DNA from: Terrimicrobiaceae bacterium
GTDB taxonomy: Bacteria; Verrucomicrobiota; Verrucomicrobiia; Chthoniobacterales; Terrimicrobiaceae
DNA: 64,000 bases
Assembly (NCBI GenBank): GCA_044352905.1
Contig: JBILCY010000001.1
Location: forward strand, 263,242-327,241
Reading direction: 5' to 3'
The notes under the pieces were generated by a model. The model did not search any database. It was given only the letters and a program-made list of their open reading frames with translations, and was not told where the DNA came from. Each line of letters begins with the position of its first letter. Positions within the stretch are counted from its first letter, which is position 1. Both the position numbers and the translations under genes were made by a program. Below, piece after piece: positions 45,830 through 55,763 of the stretch.

Positions 45830-46072
45830 CTAACGTCTGGGTGCTTGAGGCATCCCCGATTCGCGGAAAGTGATGCGACCCTTGGTGAGGTCGTAGGGAG
45901 AGATCTCGACCGTGACACGATCACCCGGAATAATGCGAATGAAGTGCTTGCGCATCTTGCCGGAAATATGGGCGAGGATCAGGTGGTTGTTGGACAGTTT
46001 AACCCGGAAAAAAGTTCCAGGCAGCACGTCTACCACGACGCCCTCGGTTGTAATGCAATCATCTTTGGCCAT
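45830..46072 (-). CDS. infA: Translation initiation factor IF-1
   Basis: [62 protein letters not shown]. Confidence 0.95.
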   Translation of the reverse strand: MAKDDCITTEGVVVDVLPGTFFRVKLSNNHLILAHISGKMRKHFIRIIPGDRVTVEISPYDLTKGRITFRESGMPQAPRR

Positions 46073-46198
46073 GTCTCCTATTCAAATAGGCGAGACGCGA
46101 ATCAAGCGCAACACCTTCCCCGAGCAAAGCTGGCATGCTGCATCCGCACGGGCTTGGTTTTTCAGCTCTTGGAGGACCATGGATCTCTGGCCAAGGGC

Positions 46199-46237
46199 AA
46201 AAAAAATTCCTCTGTGAACTTGAGTCCACAGAGGAAT
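46199..46237 (-). terminator. Rho-independent terminator downstream of rplK
   Basis: Minus strand: ATTCCTCTGTG-(10 nt)-CACAGAGGAAT followed by TTTTTTTT. Confidence 0.85.
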
Positions 46238-46261
46238 GTCTTTGAAAGATACTGCTGGAAA

Positions 46262-46687
<426 letters not shown>

Positions 46688-46779
46688 ATGGGAAAAATTT
46701 GGTCCGCTGGTTTGGCGGAAAAGGGGCACACGACATCACGTCCCGTGCTCTTTGACAAGGAGAATTTGGGTTTTTCTAA

Positions 46780-47256
46780 TTAGAGGGCCGAGAGGGTTTC
46801 GGCGATTTTGTTGAAATCCGGCAGGTCCTTTGGAGTCGGGGTCTGCTCGCTGAAGCGGATGGTGCCTTCCTTATCGATGACGAACGCGGCACGGGCAGCG
46901 GTGGAGCCGAACCCAAGCAGGTCGGGAAGCAGAACTCCGTAGGCTTTGGCGGTGTCTTTGTTTAGATCGCTAAGAAGGGGGATTTTGATGCCTTCTTTTT
47001 TCGCCCAAGCGTCTTGAGCAAACGGGCTATCCACGCTCACGGCGATGACTTCGGCGTTGAGATCCGAGTATTTCGAGAGACCGGCGCTCACATCGCAGAG
47101 TTCCTGTGTGCATACACCTGTGAAGGCGAGGGGGAAGAAAAGGAGAACGGTGGGTTTTTTGCCGAAGTTTGCCGAGAGCGTGTATTCGGCAGGGCCGTCG
47201 GCGGTGATGGTTTTGAGTGTGAAATCGGGAGCTTTGGTGCCAGTTGAGAGTGCCAT
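46780..47256 (-). CDS. Peroxiredoxin (AhpC/TSA-redoxin family)
   Basis: KAPDFTL....VLLFFPLAFTGVCTQELC peroxidatic-Cys motif. Internal ATG (MALSTG) chosen. Confidence 0.85.
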   Translation of the reverse strand: MALSTGTKAPDFTLKTITADGPAEYTLSANFGKKPTVLLFFPLAFTGVCTQELCDVSAGLSKYSDLNAEVIAVSVDSPFAQDAWAKKEGIKIPLLSDLNKDTAKAYGVLLPDLLGFGSTAARAAFVIDKEGTIRFSEQTPTPKDLPDFNKIAETLSAL

Positions 47257-47381
47257 AGAGATGTTCAGTGTTTTATTTGGAAAGGTCGGCATTTTGCCTG
47301 CAAGGACGACGTTGTCAATCGCACGGGGAGGGATTTCAGGAACCTTGCGCGGGTGATGGGTATGGTGGAGTATTTACCATC

Positions 47382-48950
47382 ATGAGCGATCCTGTTTTAC
47401 CCACTCCCGAACAAATGCAGCGTCGCTTGCAGGAATTGCTGCGCACCACCTTCGCCGCACCGGGCGGTGCCCCTGAGCAAAGCGAGCAGCCTCCACAGGA
47501 TAAAACACCCACTGTTCCGGATGTGATCCGGAACTTCGACCTCACGCCTCGAGATATCAAAAAACACCTCGACCGGTTCGTCATCCGGCAGGATGACGCC
47601 AAGAAGGTGCTGGGGATCGCCGTATGCGACCACTACAACAATGCCCGTATGATGTCGGGCCGAGCCGTCGATGCCCAACCGCTTGAATATGCCAAGCAAA
47701 ACGTCCTCATCGCCGGACCCACCGGCGTGGGCAAGACCTATCTCGTGAAGCACGTCGCGGAATTGATTGGCGTGCCGTTTGTGAAAGCCGATGCCACCAA
47801 ATTCAGCGAAACAGGCTATGTGGGCGGTGATGTGGAAGACCTCGTGCGCGAACTCGTGCAGAAGGCCGACGGAAACATCGCGCTGGCGCAATACGGGATC
47901 ATTTACATCGACGAGATCGACAAGATCGCGGCGTCCTCGGATCTGGTCGGACGGGATGTGAGCGGGCGCGGAGTTCAAACCACGTTGCTCAAGCTCATGG
48001 AGGATACAGAGGTGTCGCTGCGCGGTGGCAACGACCTGCAGTCACAGATCCAGGCGGCCCTGGAGTTTCAAAAGCGTGGGAAGGTCGCCCGTGAATCCAT
48101 CAGCACCAGACACATCCTCTTCATTGTCTCCGGTGCATTCGAGAAGCTCACAAATGTCGTCTCGCGACGTTTAAAAACGGCGGGTATCGGTTTCGGAGCT
48201 GATCCTGCGGCGGCAACGTCTTCCGGAGCCGAACTCCTGCGTCTGGCGGGAACCCGGGATTTCGTGGACTACGGACTCGAACCCGAGTTTATCGGCCGCC
48301 TGCCTGTGCGCGTGGTTTGCGAGAGTCTTGCCGAGGGCGATCTCTACGACATTCTCAAGCAATCCGAAGGCAGCCTCATCCGCCAATACGAACGCGCATT
48401 TGGTGCCTATGGCATCGAGGCGGTTTTTTCCAATGAGGCCCTCCGCCGCATAGCGTCTCTCGCAGTGCGCGAAAATACCGGAGCAAGGGGATTGATGACT
48501 GTTTGTGAACGCCTGATGAGGGAGTTCAAATATCAACTGCCGGGCACGGGCGTTCGAACCTTGGAGGTCACGCCTGCCGTTTTAGATGATCCCTCGGCCA
48601 CGATAGAGGTGTTGCTGAAGGCTGGCGAGGAGGAGGCGAGGCAGGCGCAACGGATGGTGGTGGATCAATTTGCGGAGAGGTTCGGCGAGCAACACGGATT
48701 TGTTTTTCGTTTTTCATCCGAGGCGGTGACAGCCATCCTGGCTAAAGCGTCGGAAAAAAACATTTCCGCTCGCGACTTGTGCGAGAGCCTCTTCAAGGAT
48801 TATCAATTTGGACTTGGTCTGATCTGCCGCAACAGCGGGCAATCGGAATTTGTGATTCCCCCCGAAGCGGTGGACGCTCCCGATCGTGTGCTGAGCCAGT
48901 GGGTCGTGGCCTCCTACCGCACGAACGAAGAATCCAATGAGAAATCTTAA
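47382..48950 (+). CDS. ClpX-family AAA+ ATPase lacking the N-terminal zinc-binding domain, with a C-terminal extension
   Basis: LTPRDIKKHLDRFVIRQDDAKKVLG, Walker A GPTGVGKT, pore loop ETGYVGGDVE, Walker B IIYIDEIDKI, RDVSGRGVQTTLLKLMEDT, and an IGF-type loop (AGIGFGAD). There is no Cys in the first ~75 aa. About 120 extra aa follow the ATPase core. Confidence 0.8.
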   Translation: MSDPVLPTPEQMQRRLQELLRTTFAAPGGAPEQSEQPPQDKTPTVPDVIRNFDLTPRDIKKHLDRFVIRQDDAKKVLGIAVCDHYNNARMMSGRAVDAQPLEYAKQNVLIAGPTGVGKTYLVKHVAELIGVPFVKADATKFSETGYVGGDVEDLVRELVQKADGNIALAQYGIIYIDEIDKIAASSDLVGRDVSGRGVQTTLLKLMEDTEVSLRGGNDLQSQIQAALEFQKRGKVARESISTRHILFIVSGAFEKLTNVVSRRLKTAGIGFGADPAAATSSGAELLRLAGTRDFVDYGLEPEFIGRLPVRVVCESLAEGDLYDILKQSEGSLIRQYERAFGAYGIEAVFSNEALRRIASLAVRENTGARGLMTVCERLMREFKYQLPGTGVRTLEVTPAVLDDPSATIEVLLKAGEEEARQAQRMVVDQFAERFGEQHGFVFRFSSEAVTAILAKASEKNISARDLCESLFKDYQFGLGLICRNSGQSEFVIPPEAVDAPDRVLSQWVVASYRTNEESNEKS

Positions 48951-50202
48951 ACCCTGCGCAATCATCGGCGCGATCTCTGCCGCGCTGGCGCTGCTATTGC
49001 TCGCGACCGGACTGCCCGCTGCCATCGATGCATGGCTGCTGGTTGCCCTAAAAATCCCCATGGATGGACGCCCTATCGCGGGGGTTCCTTTTTTCACAAC
49101 GCTCCTTTTTGCTTTTGGCATTGCTTGGACTTCGTTGGATATCAACAGACAGGTCCTAAGGATCGTTATAGCGGCAGCATCGGTAATTTTGCTGTGCAGT
49201 TGGTCCTTGGTATTTTCTCTCTACGGAACGTTCTTTACGCCTGTATTGCCTGTTTTTGCGGTGCTGTGCAGTTTCGGCCTCGGGATCGTCTGGGGGAAAA
49301 CCAAGGCAGGCTCAAGACAACAACTTCTGGAGCGCTTGTTTGGACAGAGGCTGTCGCGGGCTCATTTCCGCTCGATCGTCGAGTCGGGTGCCGAGGTTGA
49401 TTTTCCGGGAAGAAAAGTATCTGCAACGGTGCTCGTGCTCTCGGTTCACAATCATGTCGAGTTGATGGAGCTTCTTTCTCCGCAGGATTACACCGAAATC
49501 ATCAATCTGTATCTGAAGACCGCCTCCGATTACCTAGTCGAGTCCGGTGGATACCTTGACGAGTGCAATGGGGAATGCATCCGCGTGGTTTTTGGTGCAC
49601 CGGTTCCCGATGATCGGCACCCGGTTCGTGCTTGTCGGGCAGCGATCGATCTTGCTGCGCGTCTGGATGAGTTGAACAAGGAATGCGATGCAAAATGGCA
49701 GCGTCGTCTCGACGTGAGGATGGGTCTCGACTCTGGAGAGATCGTCGCCGGGCTTTTCGGCGGCGGGCGTGTCGGCAGCTTTAGTATTGCTGGAACGGCA
49801 GTGGATTTCGCGCGAAGGCTCTGCGCCGCCAGTTCCCACTATGGTGCCCGCATCCTTGTCGGTCCCGATGCCTATGGTCCGGCGGCGGAGTCGTTGGAGG
49901 TGCGGCCCATTGAAATTCTCAAGGTCAGCGCCCGTCGTCGCCGAGTGGAGATTTATGAGATTCTTTCTCCCAAACATGGCCTGACCCCCGAGAGGGAGCG
50001 CAGCAGGGACCATTTCTGGACAGGCGTGCTCCATTTCCGTGAGAAAAAATGGGACAAGGCCCTGAACGAGTTCACCAAAGCCCGGATCACTGGCATTCCG
50101 GATGCGGCGCTCGACTTCTATTTGCGCCGCATAGAGCAATGCCGCAACGAGAGCGAAGATTCCTCCAAGGAGTCCATGCCGGCATTTTTCAACGCGACAT
50201 GA
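48937..50202 (+). CDS. Membrane-anchored class III nucleotidyl cyclase-like protein with substituted catalytic positions
   Basis: 4-5 N-terminal TM helices. Cyclase homology domain (ATVLVLSVHNHVEL ... YLDECNGECIRVVFGAP ... VRMGLDSGEIVAGLFG ... FSIAGTAVDFARRL). TPR-like C-terminus. The start overlaps the clpX-like stop by 14 nt. Confidence 0.75.
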   Translation: MRNLKPCAIIGAISAALALLLLATGLPAAIDAWLLVALKIPMDGRPIAGVPFFTTLLFAFGIAWTSLDINRQVLRIVIAAASVILLCSWSLVFSLYGTFFTPVLPVFAVLCSFGLGIVWGKTKAGSRQQLLERLFGQRLSRAHFRSIVESGAEVDFPGRKVSATVLVLSVHNHVELMELLSPQDYTEIINLYLKTASDYLVESGGYLDECNGECIRVVFGAPVPDDRHPVRACRAAIDLAARLDELNKECDAKWQRRLDVRMGLDSGEIVAGLFGGGRVGSFSIAGTAVDFARRLCAASSHYGARILVGPDAYGPAAESLEVRPIEILKVSARRRRVEIYEILSPKHGLTPERERSRDHFWTGVLHFREKKWDKALNEFTKARITGIPDAALDFYLRRIEQCRNESEDSSKESMPAFFNAT

Positions 50203-50678
50203 GCGACTCCACTCCTCGCATCCTTAGTGCTGCGGAAATGCGTGCAGAGCGTGATCGTTTGCACGACGCCGGTGCCAAGTTGGTTTTTACAAACGGATGC
50301 TTCGACATCCTCCACCGGGGCCATGTGGAATATCTTGCCTTTGCCAGGGCGCAAGGGGATGCGCTGGTGGTTGGGCTGAACAGCGACGCCTCGGTTCGCC
50401 GTGCCAAGGGGCCTTCACGACCGGTGAATCCCCAGGACGACCGGGCGTTTGTTCTCGGTTCATTGCGCTCCGTTGATTACGTCGTGATTTTCGATGAGGA
50501 CGAGCCACGCGACCTCATTGCAAAGATCATCCCTGACGTTTTGGTGAAGGGGAAAGATTGGGCCCATTACGTCAGCGGACGCGACATCGTGGAGGCTCAC
50601 GGCGGGCGTGTCGTTCTTGCCGAGATGGTGGAGGGACGCTCCACCACGGCGACCATCGAGCGGATGAGGGCGGTCTAG
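50199..50678 (+). CDS. hldC: D-glycero-beta-D-manno-heptose 1-phosphate adenylyltransferase (RfaE domain II type cytidylyltransferase-fold)
   Basis: LVFTNGCFDILHRGHVEYL...VVGLNSDASVRR...DYVVIFDEDEP. ATGA overlap with the upstream gene. Confidence 0.8.
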   Translation: MSDSTPRILSAAEMRAERDRLHDAGAKLVFTNGCFDILHRGHVEYLAFARAQGDALVVGLNSDASVRRAKGPSRPVNPQDDRAFVLGSLRSVDYVVIFDEDEPRDLIAKIIPDVLVKGKDWAHYVSGRDIVEAHGGRVVLAEMVEGRSTTATIERMRAV

Positions 50679-51412
50679 CGCCTCTCATCGACATCGTTCC
50701 AATTGATATTCATATCCGGGAGGGCTTGATCGAGTTCGTCCCGGTGTTTTGCATATTCAAGCTCCTGCTGCGCTCCTTTGAAAACGAACAAGGCGATCAA
50801 GATTAACAGCGGGCTCCAGAAAAATCCGCCAATTGCAAAGAGGATTGCCACAAACTGACCTGTCCGGGCGGCAATGCGCGTGGCAGCCAGCCAGGAGAGT
50901 TTCATTGCCAAGAGTGCCCGGAAAATCCGCCCCCCATCCATTGGAAATGCGGGGATGAGATTGAAAAGAACAAGTCCCAGATTAAGGAAAAGCAGATTGT
51001 GGAGCAGGCTGCGGAAATCGTTCACAGGAGGGCCGAAAAGCCCGCCCGTGAAGACCAGCGCGGGAATGATCGCTATGGCGATAGCCACATTCACTGCAGG
51101 CCCGGCGATGGCGATGACAAATTCCTGAATCGGTTTTTCAGGGATTCGCTCCAAGTGCGCGATGCCACCAATTGGTAGCAGCGTAATATCAGGTGTGCGG
51201 ATGCCATAGTGCCGTCCGGCCAGTGCATGCCCGAACTCATGCAGCAGCACACAGAGGAACAGAATCAGAATAAAAAGCACCGTCATGGCCGCTGCCACCG
51301 GTCCGTCGGTCTTCCACTCCACAAAGCCAAAATAAGCGGGTAATAGCAGAAAAGTGACGTGAATCCTCACGTCGGTATCCGCTATGCGGGCAATGCGATA
51401 CGACCACTTCAT
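50675..51412 (-). CDS. Site-2 protease family (M50) membrane metalloprotease
   Basis: Multi-TM protein with LLHEFGHALAG (HExxH) and FNLIPAFPMDGG. Confidence 0.85.
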   Translation of the reverse strand: MKWSYRIARIADTDVRIHVTFLLLPAYFGFVEWKTDGPVAAAMTVLFILILFLCVLLHEFGHALAGRHYGIRTPDITLLPIGGIAHLERIPEKPIQEFVIAIAGPAVNVAIAIAIIPALVFTGGLFGPPVNDFRSLLHNLLFLNLGLVLFNLIPAFPMDGGRIFRALLAMKLSWLAATRIAARTGQFVAILFAIGGFFWSPLLILIALFVFKGAQQELEYAKHRDELDQALPDMNINWNDVDERR

Positions 51413-51513
51413 AAAAATTTGTTTCCGGCCAACGGATTTCCAACTACATGGAACCTCCGGCTTTTGCTTAGGCGGCCGAGTTTTTCAGCATACTACAACA
51501 ACTCTACTACCAA

Positions 51514-53118
51514 ATGTCATCTTCCATACCCAAAGTTCTTGTGGCCGATCCCGTCTCACAACGTGGGGTCGATGAACTCGCCGCCAATGGCGCCCTCGAA
51601 GTCACCGTCCAGACCGGGCTTCCCGAGGCGGAACTCATCAAAATCATTCCCGAATTTTCCGCGCTTGTCGTTCGCAGCCAGACGAAGGTGACCGCCGCCG
51701 TCCTCGAGGCAGCCACCAACCTCAAGGTCGTGGGCCGTGCCGGGGTGGGGGTCGACAATGTCGATGTGGACGCCGCCACACGCCGTGGCGTGATCGTTAT
51801 GAACACGCCCGGTGGAAACACGATTTCCACTGCGGAGCATGCCTTCTCGCTCCTGGTGAGCATCGCCCGCAATATCCCCCAAGCCGACGCGACCATGAAA
51901 GCAGGCAAATGGGACCGCAAAAAATTTGAAGGAGTCGAGCTTTACAACAAAACCCTCGGCATTCTCGGCATGGGGCGTATCGGCACTGAACTCGCCCGCC
52001 GCGCCATGGCTTTCGGCATGCGCGTGCTGGCCTTCGATCCCTACCTCTCCATCAGCCGCGCAAGGAGCCTCCAAGTCGAATTGGTTGAAGATATCGACAC
52101 GCTCCTGCCTCAGGCCGACTTCATCAGCATGCACATGCCGCTCACCGATGAGACGCGCCACATGCTCGATACCCGTCGACTGGGACTTTGCAAAAAGGGT
52201 GTCCGTATAGTGAACTGTGCCCGTGGCGGTTTGGTGGACGAAGCCGCGCTTTGCGAGTCGCTCAAGTCTGGCCATGTCGGCGCCGCCGCGCTCGATGTTT
52301 TCGAGGTCGAGCCACCGCCAGCCGATTTCCCTCTCCGATCCATTCCTAACATCGTTTTCACTCCCCACCTTGGTGCCAGCACGGCCGAGGCACAGGAAAA
52401 CGTGGGTATCGAAATTGCCCAGGCCATTCGAGCCGCTTTGATTGATGGTGAGATCCGCAATGCCGTCAACATGCCCAGCATTGACGCCAAGACCGCCGCC
52501 GTGGTGCGACCCTACATCACCCTCGGCGACAAGCTCGGCCGCTTTGTTGCGCAGTTGGCTCCGAATCGCAACGACCGCATCGTCATCACCTACGGCGGTA
52601 AAGCCGTGGAAATGCCCACCGATGCCATCAGCAGGGCTATCCTCACTGGTTTCCTCAAGCACGCCGGTGGCGAGGAGGTCAATAGCGTGAACGTCCGCAG
52701 CATGGCTGCCACTCTCGGACTCGATGTCGAGGAAATTCGCTCGAGCGAGCAAACAGATTTCAACGAATGGCTGCACGTCGCCGTCCACAGCGGAGACAGC
52801 AAGGTTTCCATCGGTGGCACGTTCTTCGGCGCCAAGAACGATCCCCGAATCGTGCGTGTGAACGGGCATCCGGTGGAGGTCACGCCCTCCGGTGCCGTCC
52901 TCATGCTCGAAAACCGGGATCGCCCGGGCATCGTCGGGCACATTGGCACCCTGCTCGGCACAGAAAATATCAACATCGCCAGCATGAGCCTCTCCCGCAC
53001 CGAGCAAGGTGGCCGTGCTCTTACCTTGCTAAATCTTGACAGCGTGCCCGGGGCGGATGTGTTGAAGAAATTCTCAGCCGATCCGGATATCTACAGCGCA
53101 CGGGTGATTGTGCTCTGA
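51514..53118 (+). CDS. serA: D-3-phosphoglycerate dehydrogenase (long form with ASB and ACT domains)
   Basis: GILGMGRIGTELA NAD site, CARGGLVDE, FTPHLGAST, C-terminal ACT-like region. Confidence 0.9.
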   Translation: MSSSIPKVLVADPVSQRGVDELAANGALEVTVQTGLPEAELIKIIPEFSALVVRSQTKVTAAVLEAATNLKVVGRAGVGVDNVDVDAATRRGVIVMNTPGGNTISTAEHAFSLLVSIARNIPQADATMKAGKWDRKKFEGVELYNKTLGILGMGRIGTELARRAMAFGMRVLAFDPYLSISRARSLQVELVEDIDTLLPQADFISMHMPLTDETRHMLDTRRLGLCKKGVRIVNCARGGLVDEAALCESLKSGHVGAAALDVFEVEPPPADFPLRSIPNIVFTPHLGASTAEAQENVGIEIAQAIRAALIDGEIRNAVNMPSIDAKTAAVVRPYITLGDKLGRFVAQLAPNRNDRIVITYGGKAVEMPTDAISRAILTGFLKHAGGEEVNSVNVRSMAATLGLDVEEIRSSEQTDFNEWLHVAVHSGDSKVSIGGTFFGAKNDPRIVRVNGHPVEVTPSGAVLMLENRDRPGIVGHIGTLLGTENINIASMSLSRTEQGGRALTLLNLDSVPGADVLKKFSADPDIYSARVIVL

Positions 53119-53138
53119 TCCCGGGCGGCTTTGCTGCC

Positions 53139-53678
53139 ATGGAGCAAACGGAGGCCATTCTCATCCGCAAGCAAGGCTGGAGCGACACAAGCCTTATCAC
53201 GACGTGGTTCACTGCCGGGCATGGCAAGATCAGCGCCGTGGCGCGCTCGGCGCGGCGTGCGGGAAGTCCATTTGCCGGTTCTCTGGATTTGTTCCACAAA
53301 GTAGAAATCGCGTATGTGCCACCCAAGCGTGGCACCCTCGCCACTCTCCGCGAGGTTCGCATTCTTTCGCCGTTCGAATCCACTTCCACAGCGAATGTTT
53401 TTTTATGTGGTTACTTTGCCGAGTTGATAGATCTCTCCACCCAGCCAGGGGATTCCCATCCCGATGTGTTTGATCTTCTCCAGCGCGGAATCTCCCATTT
53501 GAACACAACGCCCGCCTCGATGCGCGCATTGGTATTTTTTGAAACTGAACTCTGCCGAATACTCGGCATCGAAGATTCCAATGCCCACGTGCTTCACGCG
53601 ATTGAAACTTATTGCGGAAAGATTCCCGCATCGCGTATGCCAGCAGTGAAGCTTCTTTCCAAGCCTGGCATGCCATGA
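53139..53678 (+). CDS. recO: DNA repair protein RecO (short form)
   Basis: N-terminal OB-fold pattern EAILIRKQGWSDTSLITTWFTAGHGKISAVARSARR. Only 179 aa, with no Cys zinc motif. Confidence 0.7.
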   Translation: MEQTEAILIRKQGWSDTSLITTWFTAGHGKISAVARSARRAGSPFAGSLDLFHKVEIAYVPPKRGTLATLREVRILSPFESTSTANVFLCGYFAELIDLSTQPGDSHPDVFDLLQRGISHLNTTPASMRALVFFETELCRILGIEDSNAHVLHAIETYCGKIPASRMPAVKLLSKPGMP

Positions 53679-54151
53679 GCCGTTGTCTCCAAATCCTGCT
53701 CGTTGTCTTTGTGCTGATCGCCGCCGCCGGATGTTTGGGCCCTTCCTATAAGGGCTACAAAGCCCGGCCTTATAAAGTTCGCGGCCTCCACTACCATCCT
53801 ATGCAGCCTAGAGAAGCCGTCGGTCATGTCGAAACCGGCATCGCATCGCACTATTCCGAGCATTTCCTAATATTTCCCGGAAAGACTGCCATCGGTGAAA
53901 AACTCTGGCCCTGGACACGGGCCGCCGCTCACAAAACGCTTCCCATCCCTTGCGTGATTCGGGTGACCAACCTCAAAAACGGCCGCTCCACAACCGTCCG
54001 CGTCAACGATCGCGGTCCGTTCATTCGGGGCCGTGTGCTCGATGTCACCAAACCCGTTGCAGACGAACTCGGCTTCACCCGACAAGGCCTCACCCAAGTC
54101 CAAATCAAAGTCCTGAGCGTTGGTGACGGGCCCTACCGTATCCGGCGGTAG
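53675..54151 (+). CDS. rlpA: Septal ring lytic transglycosylase RlpA-family lipoprotein (DPBB domain)
   Basis: Lipobox LIAAAGC. GIASHYSEHF...GKTAIGEKL...AAHKTLPIPCVIRVTNLKNGRSTTVRVNDRGPF. ATGA overlap with recO. Confidence 0.85.
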   Translation: MSRCLQILLVVFVLIAAAGCLGPSYKGYKARPYKVRGLHYHPMQPREAVGHVETGIASHYSEHFLIFPGKTAIGEKLWPWTRAAAHKTLPIPCVIRVTNLKNGRSTTVRVNDRGPFIRGRVLDVTKPVADELGFTRQGLTQVQIKVLSVGDGPYRIRR

Positions 54152-54326
54152 ATTTTTACTCTTCCCCCTTGAATCCAGTAAATGCAATGCATGGAAATCG
54201 ACGGCGGGTAAGACCATCTGGCAGACCGCATGGAGACTTTTGAGGCAACAGGCAGGATTGACGTCCTGCCATGCTGTGAGTGAATAAGCTCTGCGCAGAG
54301 TGTAAAATCCCGTCATTCAACCGCCC

Positions 54327-55763
54327 ATGTCGTCTTCGCTACGTATCCATTTGCTTTGGATCCTCGTGTTCGTTGTCGGGGTAGCGTTGCGTTTCGTAAA
54401 TCTTTCCGTGCCCCCGATGCATGCCGACGAGGCGGTTGGCGCAAAAATCACCGCAACCCGACTCGAGGGCAACGGGTATTCATTTGATCCCTCGCACTTT
54501 CACGGTCCGGCCCTTTCTTGGATCACGGCCCGTATTGCCGGCTTTGCAGGCAAGTCATCATTTACAGATCTCGATGCCTTGGGGCTTCGGAGCATCGCTG
54601 CGGCATGTGGCTCATTAGTGGTTTTGCTACCGCTGCTGTTGCGGCGTTGGCTTGGTGCGCCCGGCGCGCTTGTTGGGGGGCTGATTTTGGCGACATCACC
54701 GCTGCTGTGTGTCTATTCGCGGGTATTCATCCATGAGCCGCTGCTTGTTTTTTTCTCCGCGATCGCCCTCGGTTGTCTGGGGTGGTGGATGCATGTAAAA
54801 AGCCCACTGGCGGCGCTCTGCGGCGGTCTCGCGCTCGGGCTAATGGCAGCGACGAAGGAGACTTTCGCCATCACGGCCTTCTCATGGATGCTCGGGCTTC
54901 TTGCCATTTGGCCGCAGATTCGCGGACGCCGCCTCGCGTTCGCCACGGCCTGCGCGCTGGGGGCGTTTTTGGCGATATTGCTGATTGCGTATGGGAATCC
55001 GCTGCACTTTTTTTCGACTTATTTCGTCTACACGACCGATCCCGCCCATGCGAAGCCGGTGCTTTATTATTGGGATCTGGTGATTGCTCCGAAACACCGC
55101 CCCCCGCAATGGTGGACCGAGGCCGGGGTGGCCATGTTTGCGGCGGTTGGGGCATGGTCTGGTTGGCGCAGAGCGAATCCGTTTGTGCGGGTGCTGACGG
55201 TTTCGACAGTCGTGCAATTCGGGGTGTATTCGGCGATTTCCTACAAGACTCCGTGGCTGATGATGGTGCCGTGGATGCAGGTTTGCCTGCTGGCAGGAGT
55301 GGGTGCGGCGGCAATGTGGCCCCGGCGTTTTGTTGGAATGGCGCTCGTGGGAGTCGTTGTTCTATTCCAACTACAACAAACCTACGCAGCGGTATTTCGG
55401 TTTCCAAACGACACAAGGAATCCATGGGTCTATGCGCCGACCTCGACGGATGTGCAGCGGTTGCATAACCGACTTGAGTCCTTGAAGAAACAATCGCCGT
55501 CGTTTCGTGGTGAACGAATCGCCGTTCTTGGCACGGGTTATTGGCCTCTGCCGTGGTATTTGCGCGAGACTTTGGAAGCCGGATATTTCGATGCGCCCCC
55601 CGAAGATCTCGAAAGTTTTGCGGTTGTGATCGCGATGCCGGAGATGGTTTCGGCGGCTGATGATCGCCTTTCGCAAACGCACGAGGCGTTTTACTACGGC
55701 TTGCGCAATGAGATGCCGATGACGGTTTTTATTCGCAACGATGTGCTGGAGGAGGATCAATGA
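54327..55763 (+). CDS. GT-C-fold membrane glycosyltransferase-like protein (ArnT/PMT-like; TIGR03663-type)
   Basis: About 12 TM helices. N-terminal LRFVNLSVPPMHADEAVGAKI...FHGPAL motif as recalled for the TIGR03663 family. Confidence 0.65.
   Translation: MSSSLRIHLLWILVFVVGVALRFVNLSVPPMHADEAVGAKITATRLEGNGYSFDPSHFHGPALSWITARIAGFAGKSSFTDLDALGLRSIAAACGSLVVLLPLLLRRWLGAPGALVGGLILATSPLLCVYSRVFIHEPLLVFFSAIALGCLGWWMHVKSPLAALCGGLALGLMAATKETFAITAFSWMLGLLAIWPQIRGRRLAFATACALGAFLAILLIAYGNPLHFFSTYFVYTTDPAHAKPVLYYWDLVIAPKHRPPQWWTEAGVAMFAAVGAWSGWRRANPFVRVLTVSTVVQFGVYSAISYKTPWLMMVPWMQVCLLAGVGAAAMWPRRFVGMALVGVVVLFQLQQTYAAVFRFPNDTRNPWVYAPTSTDVQRLHNRLESLKKQSPSFRGERIAVLGTGYWPLPWYLRETLEAGYFDAPPEDLESFAVVIAMPEMVSAADDRLSQTHEAFYYGLRNEMPMTVFIRNDVLEEDQ

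Noticed and set aside
51556-53007. Very long antisense or alternative-frame ORFs. Examples: 483 aa opposite serA; 525-1493; 41713-42687; 45845-46783; 56752-57711; 59762-60892; 60471-61421.
   Set aside because: Their translations are R/G/A/P-rich, low-complexity and motif-free. Each lies opposite a gene with clear family motifs. These are the usual shadow ORFs of high-GC DNA.
53139-53678. The short (179 aa) RecO without a zinc motif as a pseudogene.
   Set aside because: The ORF is intact and is translationally coupled to rlpA (ATGA overlap). Zinc-less and short RecO variants exist. There is no evidence of truncation by frameshift.
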